From the sequence record MK373782.1: a stretch of 64,000 nt of DNA. One strand, written 5' to 3'. The notes below the pieces were generated by a model that saw only the letters and a program-made list of their open reading frames with translations, searched no databases and was not told the origin of the DNA. The position numbers and the translations under genes are program-made. Position 1 is the stretch's first letter. The number at the start of each line of letters is the position of its first letter. The DNA comes from Escherichia phage vB_EcoM_KAW3E185. This document shows, piece by piece, positions 57,195 through 64,000 of this stretch.

Positions 57195-58999
57195 TGAAAC
57201 AAAATATTAAAATTGGTAACGTCGTTGATGACGGACAAGGCGATTACCTTCGTCGAGGTGGTGAAAAAATAAATGAGAACTTTGACGAAATCTATTATGA
57301 ATTAGGTGATGGTGAAGTTCCTTATGCCGCTGGCGCATGGAAGACTTATGATGCGGCTGATGGTCTTAATCTTAAGGCTGCTTGGGGTAAATCTTATGCA
57401 ATTAATACTACTTCTGGACGAGTTTCGGTAAATCTTCCTAAAGGGACAATTGCAGACTATAATAAAGTTATTCGTGCTCGTGACGTATTTGCAACTTGGA
57501 ACATTAACCCTGTTACTTTAATTCCGGCAAACGGGGACACGATTAAAGGTTCTTCATCTCCGGTAGAAATTAACGTTCAGTTCTCTGATTTAGAATTAGT
57601 TTATTGTGCTCCTGGACGTTGGGAATACATCAAGAACAAACAAATTGATAAAATAGTTAGCTCTGACATTAGTAATGTTGCTCGTAGAGAATATCTGGTT
57701 GAAACCCAAGGTCAGACCGATTTCATGGATGTTTTTAACGGGACCTCTTATAACGTTAACAACATTCGCGTAAAACATCGTGGCAACGAATTGTATTATG
57801 GTGATGTATTCAGTGATAATAGTGATTTTGGTTCTCCAGGCGCTAATCCTGGTGAACTGGTTGCACTTGATGGATTTAATATTAGATTACGCCAACCATG
57901 TAATGTTGGGGACACTGTACAAATTGAGACATTCCTAGACGGTGTTTCTCAGTGGCGTAGTTCATATACTCGTCGCCAAGTTCGCATTTTAGATAGTAAA
58001 TTAACTGCTAAAAAGTCTATTGATGGAAGTATTTACGTTACTGATTTGAGTACATTCAGGTCTATTCCATTTACAGCATTTGGTATTAATCCTACAGAAC
58101 CACCTAACCCGAATTCATTAGAAGTTCGCTTCAATGGTATTCTCCAAGAATTAGCTGGTACTGTTGGAACTCCTATTTTCCGTTGTGAAGGTGTGGATGC
58201 TGATTCTGAAGAGTCATGCGCTAATCTCGGTGGGACATGGACTCAATCGTATACAGATTATGCGATTGAATATACTGATAATATCCCTAGCGCAATTCTG
58301 TTTGACCGTCAATTTGAAGACCAAGACATTATTACCATCACATGGTTTAATAACGATTTAGGAACTCTTCTTGAAATGGAAGAAATTCTTGATGTCGCTG
58401 ATGAGAAATATGTTTCTCAAGGGTCTAACATTGAAATTACTGGTGACGTTGCATTAACCGATTTCGATAAAATTGGATGGCCTAATGTAGAACCTGTTCC
58501 TAAGTATGAACGTGAATTCTCGACTATCTCAGCAATATTTGATACAATTTATCCTGTCGGGACTATTTACGAAAATGCGGTTAACCCTAATAATCCGGCC
58601 ACTTATTTAGGTTTTGGTTCATGGAAAATTTGGGGACAAGGCAAAGTATTAGCAGGTTGGAATGACGACGCGTCGGATCCTAATTTTGCATTAAATAATA
58701 ATGACCTTGACGTCAATGGTAACCCTACTCATACTGCAGGTGGTACCGTTGGTGTAACAACCATCACATTAGAAAATGCTGATTTACCAGCTACACAAAC
58801 CGATGAAAAGGTTCTTATTTCTGATGATAATGGTACAGTAATTATAGGCGGTTGCCAATACGACCCGGATGAAGAAGGTCCTATTTACACTAAATATCGT
58901 GAAGACCATGCAAAGACTAATGAATCTCATGTTCCAGCGCGTTCTATAACTAATATTCAGCCATCTATAACTGTATACCGTTGGGTAAGGATTGCATAA
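57194..58999 (+). CDS. 10: baseplate wedge/short-tail-fiber attachment protein gp10 (601 aa)
   Basis: Length and position match T4 gp10. Confidence 0.9.
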   Translation: MKQNIKIGNVVDDGQGDYLRRGGEKINENFDEIYYELGDGEVPYAAGAWKTYDAADGLNLKAAWGKSYAINTTSGRVSVNLPKGTIADYNKVIRARDVFATWNINPVTLIPANGDTIKGSSSPVEINVQFSDLELVYCAPGRWEYIKNKQIDKIVSSDISNVARREYLVETQGQTDFMDVFNGTSYNVNNIRVKHRGNELYYGDVFSDNSDFGSPGANPGELVALDGFNIRLRQPCNVGDTVQIETFLDGVSQWRSSYTRRQVRILDSKLTAKKSIDGSIYVTDLSTFRSIPFTAFGINPTEPPNPNSLEVRFNGILQELAGTVGTPIFRCEGVDADSEESCANLGGTWTQSYTDYAIEYTDNIPSAILFDRQFEDQDIITITWFNNDLGTLLEMEEILDVADEKYVSQGSNIEITGDVALTDFDKIGWPNVEPVPKYEREFSTISAIFDTIYPVGTIYENAVNPNNPATYLGFGSWKIWGQGKVLAGWNDDASDPNFALNNNDLDVNGNPTHTAGGTVGVTTITLENADLPATQTDEKVLISDDNGTVIIGGCQYDPDEEGPIYTKYREDHAKTNESHVPARSITNIQPSITVYRWVRIA

Positions 59000-59658
59000 T
59001 GACTGTACTTAATACAAAGGCGGGAGTTATTTCCCGCCATGCTGATTTTTTGAATTACAGAAAAAATCCAGCTCAAATTGATGTTTTAAACAACCAAGCT
59101 GTAGGTTCCGTGACTATTTCTCAGTTAGCTCGCGGTTTTTATGATGCTAACGTAGAATCTGCAATAAATGATGTCCATAATATGGCACGAGCTGATATTG
59201 GTACTGTTGTCACAAACACTTCAGGCATATCGCCTGAAGGTACAGCACAAGTTGATTATTGGACTTTTTCTGGTGATGTTCTCGACGATACTTTGGCCCC
59301 TGGAACGCCGGTCGTTATTAACGTATTTGGACTTGCTGTTAAAGCAACAATTGGTATGACTGATAACGAATTAACGGCACAAGTTCGTATAGCTTTACAA
59401 GAAGCCATTGCTAATCAAATCGCTATTTCTTCTTATAAAGACCATCCGTCTGAAGGTAATAAACTTCAGGTGACATATTTAGATAACCAACGTCATGTGT
59501 TGCCAACATATGCTTCGTTTGGTGTAACAATTTCGCAAGAAATTTTGTCTGAAGCAAAATCCGGATACGGAACATGGAATTTATTGGGTGCCCAAACGGT
59601 TACTCTTGATAACCATGATACTCCTACCGTTTTCTACCACTTTGTGAGAGCCTCATGA
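58999..59658 (+). CDS. 11: baseplate wedge protein gp11 (219 aa)
   Basis: ATG at 58999 overlapping the gp10 stop (TAATG); [18 protein letters not shown]... matches recalled T4 gp11 and its length. Confidence 0.9.
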   Translation: MTVLNTKAGVISRHADFLNYRKNPAQIDVLNNQAVGSVTISQLARGFYDANVESAINDVHNMARADIGTVVTNTSGISPEGTAQVDYWTFSGDVLDDTLAPGTPVVINVFGLAVKATIGMTDNELTAQVRIALQEAIANQIAISSYKDHPSEGNKLQVTYLDNQRHVLPTYASFGVTISQEILSEAKSGYGTWNLLGAQTVTLDNHDTPTVFYHFVRAS

Positions 59659-61238
59659 GTAATAACAATACATACCAACACGTTTCAAATGAATCTATTT
59701 ACGTTGAATTCGACCCTACGGGGTCGAATTTTCCAGACACAGTCACTAATGTCCAAGCCGCATTAGCTGCCATTTCTCCTTCAGGTGTTAATGGCGTACC
59801 GGAAGCAACAACTACTACACCTGGAATTATTCAAATAGCTACTCCACAAGAAGTTATTGATGGATTAGATAATAGTAAAGCTGTTACTCCGGCAACACTG
59901 AATGCTCGTCTACAATATCCTAATGCAACCGAAACTCAATATGGCTTAACTCGTTATGCTACTGAAGATGAAGCAGTAACAGGAACTATTGACGATGCAT
60001 CAATTACTCCGCTTAAATTGAATCAAAAAATAGACAATGTATTTCAGACAAAAGTGTCAACAGAAGCAACAAATGGTGTAATTAAAATTTCAACTTCTGC
60101 TGCGGCATTAGCTGGTTCTGACGATACAACGGCAATGACCCCGTTAAAAACACAACAATTAGCAATTAAACTTATTTCACAAATTGCTCCAAATAATGGT
60201 GACGCCACCGAATCTATTACCGGTGTTGTTCGTTTGGCTACAGTTGCTCAAGCACAACAAGGCACCCTGCGTGAAGGCTATGCAATTTCACCTTATACCT
60301 TTATGAATTCAGTAGCATCAGAAACTAATAAAGGTGTCGTTAAACTAGGGACACAGACTGAAGTAAATAGTAACAACTCTTCGGTTGTAGTGACCGGCGC
60401 AACATTAAACGGGCGTGGTGCTACAACTTCTTTACGTGGAGTTGTTCGTTTAACTACACAAGCGGGTAGCCAATCAGGTGGTGATGGTTCTTCTGCCCTT
60501 GCTTGGAATGCTGATGTTATCCACCAACGAGGCGGACAAACTATTAATGGCACACTTCGCATTAATAATACGTTGACGGTTGGTTCTGGTGGCGCTAATA
60601 TAACGGGTAATGTCAATATGACCGGCGGTTATATTCAAGGCAATCGTATTGTGACTCAAAATGAATTAGACCGAATTCTTCCAGTTGGCGCTATTACAAT
60701 GTGGGCTGCAGATAGTTTACCGAGTTCTGACTGGCGCTTCTGCCACGGTGGGACCGTTTCTGCTTCAGAATGTCCGGTATATGCTTCCAGAATTGGGACA
60801 CGATATGGTGGTAGTTCTTCTAACCCAGGCTTGCCTGATATGCGTGGATTATTTGTTCGCGGCTCAGGTCGTGGTAACCATTTAACTAACCCTAATGTTA
60901 ATGGTAATGACCAATTCGGTAAGCCTCGTCTGGCGGTAGGTTGTACCGGTGGATATGTCGGTGAAGTGCAAAAACAACAGATGTCGTATCATAAGCATGC
61001 TGGTGGTTTTGGCGAACATGACGATTCCGGTGCATTTGGTAATACTCGTCGTTCAAACTTTGTTGGTACTCGTAAAGGACTTGACTGGGATAACCGTTCA
61101 TATTTTACTAACGAAGGATATGAAATTGATCCAGCGTCTCAGCGTAACTCTAAATATACCATGAATCGCCCAGAATTAATTGGAAATGAAACTCGTCCAT
61201 GGAATATTTCTTTAAACTATATCATTAAGGTAAAATAA
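59655..61238 (+). CDS. 12: short tail fiber protein gp12 (527 aa)
   Basis: Length identical to T4 gp12; Gly/Thr-rich repeats and a C-terminal receptor-binding region. Confidence 0.9.
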   Translation: MSNNNTYQHVSNESIYVEFDPTGSNFPDTVTNVQAALAAISPSGVNGVPEATTTTPGIIQIATPQEVIDGLDNSKAVTPATLNARLQYPNATETQYGLTRYATEDEAVTGTIDDASITPLKLNQKIDNVFQTKVSTEATNGVIKISTSAAALAGSDDTTAMTPLKTQQLAIKLISQIAPNNGDATESITGVVRLATVAQAQQGTLREGYAISPYTFMNSVASETNKGVVKLGTQTEVNSNNSSVVVTGATLNGRGATTSLRGVVRLTTQAGSQSGGDGSSALAWNADVIHQRGGQTINGTLRINNTLTVGSGGANITGNVNMTGGYIQGNRIVTQNELDRILPVGAITMWAADSLPSSDWRFCHGGTVSASECPVYASRIGTRYGGSSSNPGLPDMRGLFVRGSGRGNHLTNPNVNGNDQFGKPRLAVGCTGGYVGEVQKQQMSYHKHAGGFGEHDDSGAFGNTRRSNFVGTRKGLDWDNRSYFTNEGYEIDPASQRNSKYTMNRPELIGNETRPWNISLNYIIKVK

Positions 61239-62686
61239 TGGCTGATATAACTCTGGTAGATTTACCATATGTTGACGGCCCGCCAGACGCGGGTCAGAGT
61301 CGTATTGAATGGATTAAAAACGATGAAGAAATAACAGGTGCTGACACAAAATACGGTTCTGAAGGTGTAATGAACCGTCCTATTGTTGAAGTTCAACGTA
61401 ACGTAGAAGCGTTAGATGTTAATATTAAAACTATAGCATCTTCTTTGAATACGGCCAATGAAGATATCAAAGTTATTCAAGGTATTTTAGATGTTTCTGG
61501 GGATGTTGATGCTCTTGCACAGATAGGCCAGAACACCCAAGATATCGATGTCATTAAAGTCACAGTTCAAACCCATGCTAGTGAATTGAATGATTTGAAT
61601 GAACATATTGATGCGAATACTGATGATATTGGTGTTTATAATCAGGAAACAGATTCAGTTTATAGAACGGTTCGTAATGACCTGCTTTGGATTAAAAATG
61701 AATTAGGACAATATACTGGTCAAGATATTAATGGGGTTCCTACTCCAGGAAATGATAGCACTGGTATGAAACGCCGTATTATGACTAATAGCTCCGTAAT
61801 TGTTGACCATGGTGTTCGATTAACTGATTTAGAAACTAAATTTGCTGATTCTGACGTCGGCTCTTTAACTATTGAAGTCGAACACTTGCGCGAAGAAATG
61901 GGGCCTCGTACTTCTTTCACTACTCCAGTGTTTAGTCGTCTTTCCGGTATTGATTTAACTTTGTCGCGTCAAAATGCTGACTTGGATGGCATTAAACAGT
62001 CTATTGGGTATCCTAATACGACTTCTATTATTACTACCACTAATGCAAATAGTTCAGCAATAAATGACATTAATCTTGAGCTCAATCAATCAGGTGGTAT
62101 TAAACCTCGTTTGACTACGGTAGAAACTGCCATTGGCGCTGATGATTTGCCTACTACAATCCAAGGACGTATTAAACTCAATACTGATGCTATCGGAGCA
62201 TTGAACACTGTTGTCGGCTCTGATTCTTCGTCAGGACTGCGTTTTAATGTGTCATGGTTAAATAACGTAGTCGGTGTTGACGCTTCAGGTGGGAAACCGG
62301 AACCAGACGGCTCTTTGCTTTATCGTACTCGAGAGCTTGAAGGAACTATCGGTGGGATGAGTAATGACATTCAGAACATTCAAACTGATGTTGGGACTAA
62401 TTCCACAGGAATTAAGGGTTCTGTAAACACATTAAATACTCTTATAAATGGCACCAACCCAAATGGTTCGACTGTTGAAGAACGCGGTATATTGCCTACA
62501 GTTAAAAGTCATGATATGACAATTAATGGTTTAACTTCTAGAATTGCTACTCTTGAAACTGATTTGGCCGCTGCAGAAGCTGAAATCCAAACTCTTAAGG
62601 ACGCTGGATATATTGAAGATGCTCCTTCAGACGGTAAATTCTATGTTCGCAAAGATGGCGCATGGGTTGAACTTCCTACAGCTTAA
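61238..62686 (+). CDS. wac: fibritin, neck whiskers (482 aa)
   Basis: Long segmented coiled coil; C-terminal foldon-like sequence GYIEDAPSDGKFYVRKDGAWVELPTA. Confidence 0.9.
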   Translation: MADITLVDLPYVDGPPDAGQSRIEWIKNDEEITGADTKYGSEGVMNRPIVEVQRNVEALDVNIKTIASSLNTANEDIKVIQGILDVSGDVDALAQIGQNTQDIDVIKVTVQTHASELNDLNEHIDANTDDIGVYNQETDSVYRTVRNDLLWIKNELGQYTGQDINGVPTPGNDSTGMKRRIMTNSSVIVDHGVRLTDLETKFADSDVGSLTIEVEHLREEMGPRTSFTTPVFSRLSGIDLTLSRQNADLDGIKQSIGYPNTTSIITTTNANSSAINDINLELNQSGGIKPRLTTVETAIGADDLPTTIQGRIKLNTDAIGALNTVVGSDSSSGLRFNVSWLNNVVGVDASGGKPEPDGSLLYRTRELEGTIGGMSNDIQNIQTDVGTNSTGIKGSVNTLNTLINGTNPNGSTVEERGILPTVKSHDMTINGLTSRIATLETDLAAAEAEIQTLKDAGYIEDAPSDGKFYVRKDGAWVELPTA

Positions 62687-62691
62687 TGAAA

Positions 62692-62712
62692 AGGGCCTTC
62701 GGGCCCTAAAGG
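62692..62712 (+). terminator. possible terminator/RNA hairpin after wac (weak)
   Basis: AGGGCC-ttcg-GGCCCT hairpin; downstream tract is only moderately T-rich. Confidence 0.3.
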
Positions 62713-62718
62713 ATTTAT

Positions 62719-64000
<1,282 letters not shown>

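Overview
This window is a contiguous segment of a T4-like (T-even, Tevenvirinae) myovirus genome. All gene names below come from reading the translations and recalling T4 protein sequences, motifs and gene order; no database search was run. From 1 to about 47,000 almost every gene is on the minus strand: the N-terminal part of DNA polymerase gp43, regA, clamp loader 62/44, clamp 45, rpbA, recombination nuclease 46/47, late sigma factor 55, the anaerobic ribonucleotide reductase genes nrdG and nrdD, endonuclease VII (49), nrdC, tk, regB, denV, lysozyme e, nudE, two tRNAs, 57B/57A, and genes 1, 3, 2 and 4. From 47,052 onward the genes are on the plus strand and encode late baseplate, tail-fiber and neck proteins (53, 5, 5.1, 5.4, 6, 7, 8, 9, 10, 11, 12, wac, 13, start of 14). 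The conserved genes are separated by blocks of small accessory ORFs. Main observations: nrdD is split by a 1045-bp group I intron that carries its own endonuclease-like ORF; a separate GIY-YIG homing endonuclease sits between nrdG and nrdD; no alpha-glucosyltransferase gene is present between 47 and 55; about twenty early-promoter cassettes with embedded inverted repeats recur across the accessory blocks; five genes carry the capsid-targeting leader of injected internal proteins; the accessory set includes a macro-domain protein, a GrcA-like glycyl-radical protein, 57B with the 2H phosphoesterase signature, and three tandem small genes sharing a conserved C-terminal tail; the tRNA cluster has only two tRNAs plus one tRNA-like RNA. 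Start codons of many small ORFs are uncertain because the ORF track extends to TTG/GTG; where an ATG with a Shine-Dalgarno sequence was visible I used it.
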